Virus record (IMG/VR): IMGVR_UViG_3300025655_000079 | Location: 1-42,358 of that record | Length of the DNA stretch: 42,358 nt | From: a virus | Taxonomy: Duplodnaviria > Caudoviricetes | Strand: one strand, 5' to 3' | Shown here: piece after piece, positions 7,772 to 16,768 of the stretch | How positions within the stretch are numbered: the stretch's first letter is position 1 | Layout of the letters: each line of letters begins with the position of its first letter | Made by a program: the position numbers and the translations under genes | Notes under the pieces: generated by a model | What the model saw: the letters and a program-made list of their open reading frames with translations, nothing else | Databases searched by the model: none | Told to the model about the DNA's origin: nothing

Positions 7772-8299
7772 TCACCTATTCTTTACGTCTGGTAGAGACA
7801 GTGCGCGTTCTCCGAACCACCACGTTGTTGCAGTCGTGGCAGAAAAAACAGTCGAATAAACAACGTACCGGACGAGACTCACAATTTCGGCACTTGAAAA
7901 TATCGTTTGTGCTTGTGAGGCCATCGAAAGGTAATTTTGCAGCGATCCCATGAGGACAAGGTGCATCAGCCACGCCACCGCACCCCACAAACACAGTGTA
8001 AGGAAAGGTCTGAAAAGAGACTTGATCGCCACCACAAGGGGAAGATTCGTCTGGTGTTTGTCCAACTCCATCTGAGCGTGGAGGCTCGTCGTCAGTCCGT
8101 CCCATGCACCCTCCTGCGAGGTTGACTGCATACGCAGTTCTATCAGTTTCAGTTCATGTTCTCTCTCTGCTTTCTGCTCAATTGCTTTTTGCTGACGCTC
8201 TTTATGCTTCATCCATGAGCCAAATGCCGCTCCGAGGACACCGAATAGGCCACCTGATGCCGCTGATGCGCCAAGTCCTAATAGTTCAATCCAATCCAT
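7772..8299 (-). CDS. Holin-like multi-TM membrane protein
   Basis: N-terminal Gly-rich TM, RPFLT + TM, and C-terminal TM ending WWFGER. Confidence 0.7.
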   Translation of the reverse strand: MDWIELLGLGASAASGGLFGVLGAAFGSWMKHKERQQKAIEQKAEREHELKLIELRMQSTSQEGAWDGLTTSLHAQMELDKHQTNLPLVVAIKSLFRPFLTLCLWGAVAWLMHLVLMGSLQNYLSMASQAQTIFSSAEIVSLVRYVVYSTVFSATTATTWWFGERALSLPDVKNR

Positions 8300-8526
8300 C
8301 AGTCGTCATCCCGCTCAATTTTGTTAGTGATGTGTTCAAATAAGAACTTAATCGCTCCGATGAGTACTCCGGCGTACGCAAATACAGCCGCTATCTGCCA
8401 CTCCTGCATGTCCATAGCGTGCTTTTTGTAAAATTCATGGAAGTCATACGTCAGCCATAGTATGAAAGCCATCACCACTAAAGGGATAATGCGAGTTTTC
8501 TGCAAAAGATGAACTAATTCGTGCAT
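8299..8526 (-). CDS. Small two-TM holin-like protein, 75 aa
   Basis: Two hydrophobic segments and a charged C-terminus (KIERDDD); TGATG coupling. Confidence 0.65.
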   Translation of the reverse strand: MHELVHLLQKTRIIPLVVMAFILWLTYDFHEFYKKHAMDMQEWQIAAVFAYAGVLIGAIKFLFEHITNKIERDDD

Positions 8527-11500
8527 TTAACTGGCCTTACACATCCCGAATATGTCCAATTCTAGCTGTTTTTGTGACAATTTCACAGAATTTGAGCATT
8601 TTTTGGCGGTAATTTCTGGGACATTTTGTACCAATTTCAGCGGCTTAGCCTTAACAATTGTCAACTCAGGCTTACAGGCGTAGATATTGAGGTCAATGCC
8701 TTCAGCCAGTACGTCAGCTTTCCACCCGATATGTCCTATATTGGTAGCATAACTGGCACAGTGTAGGTCGATTTGGGCGGGTTTAGTCAGTCGTCCAAAG
8801 ATATTGGTATAGGCTCTCGTCAGTAACTTGGCATAGGCATATACGTCAATGCTACCCTCTGCGGTCAAGTCAGAACCAGTAATCTCAAGCAATGTACTTG
8901 CGGGGACAAGGCACAGTGAGTCGATACTGGCGTCTACTTCAATAGTCAGTGAAGTAGCGGCAAGGCGGGTAATATACGCCTTGGTTGTCATAGTACATAC
9001 GCCGTTCATCGGGTCTATCTGGGCGTAGAACGACAGACTTGCATGTGGGACAACAGAGCCTATGCAGCCCAAAGTGGCAGTACCCTCAATTCGTGGAGCC
9101 GTTGGCGTTAGTGTACAGACACACTCAAGTTGGCATTTACCCGCGTCTATACTACCTGTGGCGGCAACTGAAGCTACGCAGTTAAGGGTAGTCTTGGGGG
9201 AAACAATTGTGTAAATAGCTAATGCACTTGAATTGAGAATATACTGCTCAAACCCATCAACATAAGGCCTGAATGTTATTTTATCGCCATCCTGTACAAC
9301 GATCGGGTCATGGCCTGTAGCGTTAAGGCCATTTTCTTTTAGTCTGAAAGAAAACTCTACTTCGATAGTATCACCCGCACCGAGGTTAACCCCTACGTTT
9401 AAACCATGCGTATCAGTGGATACAAAACTTTGAGAAGCATCAAATGCTCCACTAGATATTTGTTGGGTAGTTGAAAATAACCCAAACCCTAAGTCACCGT
9501 CAGTAGGGTCTTGATACATTTCAGATGAGTTTTTGAACGAATACACATCTAGATCAAACGGGTTTGTACCCGGTTCTATATAAAGGAGTTCATTAAGCGT
9601 AGGGTTATAATCGCCTTTGTACTCGTTGATTTTAGGTACGCCTGCACACTGCCATCCAAGTCCGGGATGCGTTAATGTACCGCTAGTGAATACGCGTCCG
9701 CCAACATACTGCCTATCGCCAAGTTCTCTTGCTGCATAATCTGGAGCATAAAATGGAACATAGGTTGCTTCTTGATAGTTATCGTAGGTTTCGTCGTGAT
9801 GATTATCGACTGGGCGTGTAAAACGATTTCTGTTCGGCGTTCCCCATGTATCACCGGCATAGTCCAAGTCCAAAGTACCAGTAGTAGTAGATGCGCGGAA
9901 ATAACAAGAGCAATCTAGATTATACCAATCATTAGTCGGACTTTTAGGGAACGAAATATAATAGGCTATTCCTGCGCTATTATCGACTGGGTTCAATGGA
10001 TGAATACAAATCTGTGCAATATTTGGCCAAAAAATTATGCCACCATAGGTAAGTGACGAACATTTTGGATAAATCATGTTTTGCAGGTAAGATGAAATTG
10101 AAATAGTACCTGTACCATCTGCCGGACACGAAGCAAAGTGATTCTGAGTAGCTCCACACAAACTGTAAGCTGTATAGTATGGAGAAGAGTCGGTACTCAT
10201 TAGAATAACATGGTCTTTTACTAGACGAATACTCGCGCCTGATACTTCCGTATAAGCCTTTTGGTCAGTACCGCTTACATAAGTATTTTTAACTATGTAT
10301 GGAACCCTGCCAGTGTCATCTATATACGCCGTTGGAGAACCCTGAAGGCCTGTTGCGGGAAATACGTCCGACCCAGTGGAACCACTTCCGAAAGTACATG
10401 CCCATGCCATGTATTTCTCGCCGGTTACATTGGTTGGATCATGATAGGCTACTTGCCCCCAACAGTACCCAAAAAGAGGGAGATATATAGGGGACGCGTG
10501 CCACCAAACACCACTAGAAGCAGTAGTCGTAGCAAAATTATCTGTAGTTTTTAAACCAGAGATGAATGTAGCACCGTCGCCGTTAGTTACTTCGGCAACT
10601 TTTGCATCGTCCGTTTCCCAATTTTTTGCACCTATAAAAGACTTCATCCAGTTATGCGTATTTGACCCACCCGCATCGTGCGATTTATCAAACGTAACGC
10701 AGTTATCTAGAGATCGTGCAAAGAAGAAATGATCGTTATCCGTTCCGTCGTATGTACCCCCGATAACACTAAGGCCGCTATCTATATATTTATACCATGT
10801 TGTGATAAGCGCTACCTTGGTACTATCTAGTCCTTGGGTATTCATCGCCACAGTACGGACAAAATCATACTGATAAGCCGGGGCATATACAGCGTGATGC
10901 TGCAATCCAGCAGGCATAAATCCTACTTTTCCATCAGGACTATTAATCGCGTAATCAAGCCATATTGGAGCCAGATAACGGTTATTTACAGGGTCAGTAT
11001 TCTTGATAGCAAACCGAATACGATACGTTGTATTAGGTAAGAGCGTGGGCATAGTATTAAGCGGAGCAGCCCACGTAGCTGTGGACTCGTCGCCATCATC
11101 ATTACGCACACGGTAAGCGATTACATCAATAAAGACCTGATTGATTACTGCGTTTGCATTAGTAATAGAGCATACGCCGCCCAAGTTAGTTTCCGCTTTT
11201 AATAAAAACCACTGAGTCGCATTAGGCGAAATTCCGCAAGTACCGCCACGGTTAAATGCTCCTAAGACTTCATTTCCAAAAAAATCACCAGTCGGAGAAA
11301 TTTCAGTTATGCAATCTAATTGTGTAGCGCCTAATACTCCGGTTAGTACGTTAGTTGAACCAGTTGCGGACAATGCGGACTGTCCGTTCATTCGTACATG
11401 AGTAAACCCGCCACTAGCTACGGACACCTGATAAGAACGATCCCAATCAAAAATATTGGTAGTTGTTCTCAGTGTTGAGTGTACACCAGAGTGATAAACA

Positions 11501-14500
11501 TGAACTTCAGGCGGTTTAGATCCAAACGCTCTAGTAAGGTAGTACCTTATAAAAAACCCATACTGTACTGAAGTATTTGTTCCTGAATTATTTCGTAATG
11601 GAAGCAAGTCAACGTAAGGATATGAATAGTTTGTAGTACCTACTTGGTTCCATTTGTATTGGTACATTGGGCGTAAATTGGTTTTATTATTAACACCGTC
11701 AATTTTCCATACAATGTCACCACTATACATTTGGTTTGCCGCGTCAAGATACACGTAATCCGACAACGTTAATCCTATTACGGGACTTACGTACGGAACA
11801 TTATTAAATGTAGGTTCTGCATACCATCCTGCTTCACGGGTTAAACCGTTAGTAACACTACTCGTAAGCCATGCAAATGATCCATAAGAAGCCCCGGAAT
11901 ACGGTTGTATATAATCTGCGGACCAGATTAACGGATACCCAACATCATCTTGATGATATTGTGTGTTCCACACGATTGCATTATTAGAATCTGAAGTTAA
12001 GTAACCGTTTGCATCAGTACCGCAATCGAGAGGTATAAGATTTGTCGTTCGGTAGTTATTAGCCACAAAACCAAGTAAAGAATGATTATCTAAATAAAAA
12101 TGTATAATCGACCCAGCAACATCTTCATGACAATGAATAATGTACGTTAATTCTACTTCTTCGCCCGGAGCAATTGGGTCCATAGGGCGATATACAGGAA
12201 TATTTATACCATCACTTACATAGTTTTCCACATACAAAGGAGACGTTCCAGTTCCTTTGGTTTTATTTGCGAATAAGACCCTGTCAAAAAAGTCTGGGCG
12301 TCCACTCTCACTGTTTGGGTTTACTACTACCATTGCGTGCGGCCAAAGATAATCACCACTGCTATAAGATCGATGGCAGCAAAATACGAGTTTGTTTTTG
12401 GAAGAACCTAAACCGCGGAATACAATATTATTGTCTACATCTGGGTCAGACGCATCGTTATTAGATAGGTCTTCTGATACAATTTTAAGAGTGTCCCAAC
12501 GAAGGGTAGCGGACAAATTACTTACGCTAGTGTTAGACACTACACGGACAGTAGCCATCGCTAAGAGTTCGCCATCTTCAGAATAAGTAACACTTGCTAC
12601 GGAGAAATTGTTCCATGTAGATTTGTTCCATCCAGTACCGCCGTTATTATAAACACGTACTTGATGGTCATATACCCCTTGATTGTCAGTAGCAACCTCG
12701 TGATGCGCTCCAAATAAAACAATAGGGATTGAAGTACCTTCAGGAAAAGTTACATCATTATATGTAATAACGGTTTTATGTATAGAAGCATAAAGCGTTA
12801 TTCCTGCAATAGCGGTTGCAGTAGATTTCGCCTTGTTTTTATAAAGAATAAATCCCGCAGAAGGTACATATTTAGATGTAGCTGTAAAATCGTCTTTAAT
12901 GAAGTACCAAGTACTATCATTAGGACAACCAAAAGCATAGTATTGATTGCCGCTTTCATCCTCTACAAAAACTCCATCCTGCTTACCTTCAGTGTCAGTA
13001 GAACCCAAAATACATGCTGTTTCAAAAGTACCCCCTGTCGTAGTACTCCAAGATGATCCATAATCATCAGAAATCCAAACAACATCGACATTCACATCTT
13101 CCTTAAATGCGACAATGTAACTTCCATTATTAAATCCAATTACAAGCCGTATATATGTACTCGTACCGGGCAGCCCACTATCTATGTTTACACGGGTTCC
13201 TCCGATATTATTAACAGTACCAGTAACGTCGCAATCAGCCCTGTATCCCGGAGTCGATATATACCCAAAACCAGTCATTAGGTTAGCGGTCGTAAATGTG
13301 TAAAACTCTAATTCACCTGTAGCAAAGGTAGCAGCGGCTACCCAGTCACCATTAGGTAAAAGATTTATACCTGCATGTGCAGGGTCTCCTGCTGATGGGT
13401 TATTAGGATTACAAAACTTTAGCTGTATTGCCCCTAAGTAGGTTTCAGTAGTTTTGTTCCATAAAACAAAATGAAGTCCAATACGAGCTATAACATGATC
13501 AGCATCAACGTCTACTACGCTTTGAGCCCCGTCTCGCTTAGCGAGAAAAATCAACCTAGCTTCTATGTCGTTATAATTAGATGACGGAAGCCTGTAAAAA
13601 TACGATCCTGTATAACCGTATCCGTTTAATGAAGAAACTAAGTTATCCTGTCCATCGCTCCATGTAGATAAGGATATAGGAGTGAATACACCGCTATTTT
13701 CGCGTACAGCTTTTAACTGCATAGCTAAGTTTGGATACGTTTGCGTATTTGTACCCGGATTGGAGACTACAAACTTAACAGCATAGTTTTTATTTGCTTC
13801 TATGGGATAAATATTTTGATCTGTAGCGCCTGTTATAGGCGCTTCTGTAATAGATAAAAATGGATTACTTGTGATCTCGACAACCGATGCGTGAGTGATT
13901 TCGAGATATTCTAACGTGTTATTGTAGTCACCTGTCGCTTGTAAAAGAGCATCGTCAAGAGTACTTATAGTAATTGCGCCAGATATATCTACACCAAAAG
14001 GAGCGCAGGTAAGGGAGCTTTCGCAATCAAGTTGCGTAGCCCCTATAATAGTAGGATCACCTTTACCGTAAAACTCTATGTTTTCATACCAGTCTCTATG
14101 AGAACGATAACTTTCAGAAGTTGATCGCAACGGTTCTGTGTAAGTCCAGCCATACGAGTTTAACGTATAAGTGGTATCGGGGGCCATTATGCCCGTATAA
14201 TGTTCTGCAAAAGTAAAAGATTCTGGCACATAGGCCGACATATCTCTAGGTGTGCCAGAAAATAACCCAAACCCTGTTTCAGAATCAATACACCTATAAG
14301 TAAAGTCAATAGTTTTAGCTTCTAGATCAAACTCAATAACAAGCTCTAACCCGAACTGTCCAGCACTTATATAGTGCAAATTAGAAGTAAAAGCAGAAGT
14401 TCCTTGGGGCTCTATATACGAGGTAAAGATCATAGTGCCATTGACACACCAGTAGACCTGCACTCGTATTCTGCTCGAATATACATAAGGCCTAAACGTA

Positions 14501-14655
14501 ATCCAGTTCTCTGAGTCTTTATATAACGTAGGCCCAGTAGTTAAAGTCGAATAAACATTTAACTTTGTTACTATTTTAACTGAGTTTTTACCGAAGGTAT
14601 TTGCACCTACTTGTAAAATTGCATAAGTAGAATAATAAGAATCCCAATTAGCCAT
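8527..14655 (-). CDS. Giant beta-rich fibre/adhesin (receptor-binding-like) protein, 2042 aa
   Basis: S/T/G/Y/N-rich; Asp-box-like SDDYGSSW; Cys-containing repeats; located in the structural operon. Confidence 0.75.
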   Translation of the reverse strand: MANWDSYYSTYAILQVGANTFGKNSVKIVTKLNVYSTLTTGPTLYKDSENWITFRPYVYSSRIRVQVYWCVNGTMIFTSYIEPQGTSAFTSNLHYISAGQFGLELVIEFDLEAKTIDFTYRCIDSETGFGLFSGTPRDMSAYVPESFTFAEHYTGIMAPDTTYTLNSYGWTYTEPLRSTSESYRSHRDWYENIEFYGKGDPTIIGATQLDCESSLTCAPFGVDISGAITISTLDDALLQATGDYNNTLEYLEITHASVVEITSNPFLSITEAPITGATDQNIYPIEANKNYAVKFVVSNPGTNTQTYPNLAMQLKAVRENSGVFTPISLSTWSDGQDNLVSSLNGYGYTGSYFYRLPSSNYNDIEARLIFLAKRDGAQSVVDVDADHVIARIGLHFVLWNKTTETYLGAIQLKFCNPNNPSAGDPAHAGINLLPNGDWVAAATFATGELEFYTFTTANLMTGFGYISTPGYRADCDVTGTVNNIGGTRVNIDSGLPGTSTYIRLVIGFNNGSYIVAFKEDVNVDVVWISDDYGSSWSTTTGGTFETACILGSTDTEGKQDGVFVEDESGNQYYAFGCPNDSTWYFIKDDFTATSKYVPSAGFILYKNKAKSTATAIAGITLYASIHKTVITYNDVTFPEGTSIPIVLFGAHHEVATDNQGVYDHQVRVYNNGGTGWNKSTWNNFSVASVTYSEDGELLAMATVRVVSNTSVSNLSATLRWDTLKIVSEDLSNNDASDPDVDNNIVFRGLGSSKNKLVFCCHRSYSSGDYLWPHAMVVVNPNSESGRPDFFDRVLFANKTKGTGTSPLYVENYVSDGINIPVYRPMDPIAPGEEVELTYIIHCHEDVAGSIIHFYLDNHSLLGFVANNYRTTNLIPLDCGTDANGYLTSDSNNAIVWNTQYHQDDVGYPLIWSADYIQPYSGASYGSFAWLTSSVTNGLTREAGWYAEPTFNNVPYVSPVIGLTLSDYVYLDAANQMYSGDIVWKIDGVNNKTNLRPMYQYKWNQVGTTNYSYPYVDLLPLRNNSGTNTSVQYGFFIRYYLTRAFGSKPPEVHVYHSGVHSTLRTTTNIFDWDRSYQVSVASGGFTHVRMNGQSALSATGSTNVLTGVLGATQLDCITEISPTGDFFGNEVLGAFNRGGTCGISPNATQWFLLKAETNLGGVCSITNANAVINQVFIDVIAYRVRNDDGDESTATWAAPLNTMPTLLPNTTYRIRFAIKNTDPVNNRYLAPIWLDYAINSPDGKVGFMPAGLQHHAVYAPAYQYDFVRTVAMNTQGLDSTKVALITTWYKYIDSGLSVIGGTYDGTDNDHFFFARSLDNCVTFDKSHDAGGSNTHNWMKSFIGAKNWETDDAKVAEVTNGDGATFISGLKTTDNFATTTASSGVWWHASPIYLPLFGYCWGQVAYHDPTNVTGEKYMAWACTFGSGSTGSDVFPATGLQGSPTAYIDDTGRVPYIVKNTYVSGTDQKAYTEVSGASIRLVKDHVILMSTDSSPYYTAYSLCGATQNHFASCPADGTGTISISSYLQNMIYPKCSSLTYGGIIFWPNIAQICIHPLNPVDNSAGIAYYISFPKSPTNDWYNLDCSCYFRASTTTGTLDLDYAGDTWGTPNRNRFTRPVDNHHDETYDNYQEATYVPFYAPDYAARELGDRQYVGGRVFTSGTLTHPGLGWQCAGVPKINEYKGDYNPTLNELLYIEPGTNPFDLDVYSFKNSSEMYQDPTDGDLGFGLFSTTQQISSGAFDASQSFVSTDTHGLNVGVNLGAGDTIEVEFSFRLKENGLNATGHDPIVVQDGDKITFRPYVDGFEQYILNSSALAIYTIVSPKTTLNCVASVAATGSIDAGKCQLECVCTLTPTAPRIEGTATLGCIGSVVPHASLSFYAQIDPMNGVCTMTTKAYITRLAATSLTIEVDASIDSLCLVPASTLLEITGSDLTAEGSIDVYAYAKLLTRAYTNIFGRLTKPAQIDLHCASYATNIGHIGWKADVLAEGIDLNIYACKPELTIVKAKPLKLVQNVPEITAKKCSNSVKLSQKQLELDIFGMCKAS

Positions 14656-14657
14656 AG

Positions 14658-15665
14658 TTATGTTCCGTTATAAGTAAGGTAAAGCCTACGGCGAGTAGGA
14701 GTACGTGGAGACAAGCTAGAAGGGGAAACTAACCGACCGTTCTGATGTTCTGATAAATTATATTCGTGGGCTACTTCCCAAATATCCATAGTAGTTAATC
14801 CCGCACCACGAGCCGGATTAGATCCGTTTCTTAAAACAGTTACACCCGCTGCGGCTAAAGTTGCGTTATCTACAAAATTAGCAGAACTAACAAGCTTATA
14901 CTGACTTCCTGCTGCTTCTATCAACGTTGCTGTTGGAGTAAGTCCAGCCCCGATATAATTAATGCTATTTTGTGCAGGTATAGTATAAAGAAAAGCCGCA
15001 TCAGAATAAAAATTACAGTTTTGTTGTAGGTGTTGCCATAAGTTTCCATTTGGCCCTATGTACATCCCAAAAATAGATGCGGAGTGCGCTGCGAGGTTAT
15101 TAACTGACACAAAAACTACGAGCTTATCCGTAGGTGTGATACTAAATGCCGAATATTGAGAAGCAGTAAGTACATTAGACCATGTCCATTGATACTCTCC
15201 TGTTTGCATAACAGTACCGGGGCTAGTATCACGCAACGTACCTTTATAGGTAGACAGCGTACTATCAAATACACTCAATATATAACGTGGCTGAATGTTC
15301 GCGTTATATGTAGTAGTGAAAAAACTACATCCGCCATGCGTTAGGAAAACATCTTCTGTATTATTATTAACAGCTTGTAGAGAAACCCAAGGAGTTTTCG
15401 AAGGCACAGGTAATATCAAAGCATAACATGCGACATTAGACCCGCTCTTTACTACCTCTACTGTGGCAGAATGTGTTTGTGGCGACGTTATTGTAGTGTA
15501 ATCTGATGCGTACGCGGTATGAAGTAAAGTAGGATCTGTTCCGGCTAAGCCAGAATAACCTCCAGCAAAATTATAGGATGACCCTGTCTGATCCCAAGTA
15601 GTAGCGTTAGTGTAATCCGCATTAAACCCTTGCGGAACCGCAAAATCTGTTCCTACCCATGCCAT
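14658..15665 (-). CDS. Beta-rich virion-associated hypothetical protein, 335 aa
   Basis: Long ORF with T/S/Y-rich composition; in-operon spacing. Confidence 0.75.
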   Translation of the reverse strand: MAWVGTDFAVPQGFNADYTNATTWDQTGSSYNFAGGYSGLAGTDPTLLHTAYASDYTTITSPQTHSATVEVVKSGSNVACYALILPVPSKTPWVSLQAVNNNTEDVFLTHGGCSFFTTTYNANIQPRYILSVFDSTLSTYKGTLRDTSPGTVMQTGEYQWTWSNVLTASQYSAFSITPTDKLVVFVSVNNLAAHSASIFGMYIGPNGNLWQHLQQNCNFYSDAAFLYTIPAQNSINYIGAGLTPTATLIEAAGSQYKLVSSANFVDNATLAAAGVTVLRNGSNPARGAGLTTMDIWEVAHEYNLSEHQNGRLVSPSSLSPRTPTRRRLYLTYNGT

Positions 15666-15985
15666 TGCGCTTCACTTGCTTCCTTAGCAATCCGCGCAAC
15701 GGTCTCGTCGTCGTCCCAGACACCTTCTTTTATTTCGGCATCAGAGGTTTCATACGTATCGAGGAGTGTCTTCTGCCGCCACAGACTGCCTTTGATAAAT
15801 TTATTACCAGAGCTACCAGTAGCTTGGAAGTAGCGACGTACGCCATTAAGTATTTCACGACTTCCAGTAGCGTAAAATACTACGACAAACAGTACACCCT
15901 TTTTGGGTAAATCCTCCCACGCTATCTTAGCAGAAGAATATACCCTGTTCTGTGTGTACCACGCTTTCCATCCAAGGATTTTCAT
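15653..15985 (-). CDS. Hypothetical protein, 110 aa (possible fibre chaperone or accessory)
   Basis: TAATG coupling; charged, Trp-rich. Confidence 0.7.
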   Translation of the reverse strand: MKILGWKAWYTQNRVYSSAKIAWEDLPKKGVLFVVVFYATGSREILNGVRRYFQATGSSGNKFIKGSLWRQKTLLDTYETSDAEIKEGVWDDDETVARIAKEASEAQWHG

Positions 15986-16395
15986 TACGCCATCGTAACG
16001 TCGAAATCACCAACGGAGAACTTGAAGGTATCTCCGTTATTAACGGTTTTCTGGGCAGTCAATGAGCCGTGGATCAACACCTGACCTGCGGAGGAAGCGG
16101 ACATCACCGCACAGTGAGTAATTGTGCCCCAATCAGCGGTAGCAGTTGGAAAAATCCAATCCTCATTGCTAGTAGTCGCACCCGCAGCCGCTACAGTAAA
16201 ACTGCGTCCTGATGATCCACCTACTTCCAAACGAGCATACGAGCCACCAGATACTTCGCTTGTCTGTACGTTAGTTTCCAGACCATTATCGGCAGTGAAC
16301 AACGCAATCCACACCGATGTTGGGGGAGTCCACGTTTCATTACGCAGAATATGATCCAACAGCTCTAATTCTAAAAAATCACTTAATGCAGCCAT
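15985..16395 (-). CDS. Small beta-sandwich fibre subunit-like protein, 136 aa
   Basis: MAALSDFLE..LLDH, IALFTA, EVSGGSYAR, FPTATADWGTITH, GDTFKF: pattern of a widespread phage tail/fibre family. AGGAG RBS. Confidence 0.75.
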   Translation of the reverse strand: MAALSDFLELELLDHILRNETWTPPTSVWIALFTADNGLETNVQTSEVSGGSYARLEVGGSSGRSFTVAAAGATTSNEDWIFPTATADWGTITHCAVMSASSAGQVLIHGSLTAQKTVNNGDTFKFSVGDFDVTMA

Positions 16396-16408
16396 TTGTT
16401 TTACTCTC

Positions 16409-16768
16409 CTATCGAGTTACTTCCGGTGAAACTTCAATTAAACCGTACATGAGACGGTAGACATCGCTGTTTGATCCATCTACCAATTCTAAATCATAAA
16501 CCCCTGCCGTGAAAGTCAAAGCAGCGGTATCTGTAGCGGACACATACAGGTCGATTACACCTGATGCGCCGTTCATTGTGATACGCCCATTTTCAGTGGT
16601 CAACTCCAACAAAACGGTTGTCGAAGTCACTTCCGAGCGTACTTGCATACGGGCAGTGTAGTTAGTCAGGTCGACAGGTGTGATCTCATCATCCTGAAAC
16701 CAGTTAATCTTGAACTTGAAGGTTGCCCCTTGTTCTATTTCTAGCGGTTGTTTTACAGCACAGCCCAT
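16409..16768 (-). CDS. Ig-like adaptor protein (BppU-N-like), paralogue 2
   Basis: IEQGATF...PVDLTNYTARMQVR...GVYDLEL...SPEVTR. Confidence 0.8.
   Translation of the reverse strand: MGCAVKQPLEIEQGATFKFKINWFQDDEITPVDLTNYTARMQVRSEVTSTTVLLELTTENGRITMNGASGVIDLYVSATDTAALTFTAGVYDLELVDGSNSDVYRLMYGLIEVSPEVTR

Noticed and set aside
8527-14655. Diversity-generating retroelement target or invertible tail-fibre cassette
   Set aside because: No reverse transcriptase or invertase in the window, and no near-identical nucleotide repeat pair seen. The GATQLDC copies differ at synonymous positions.
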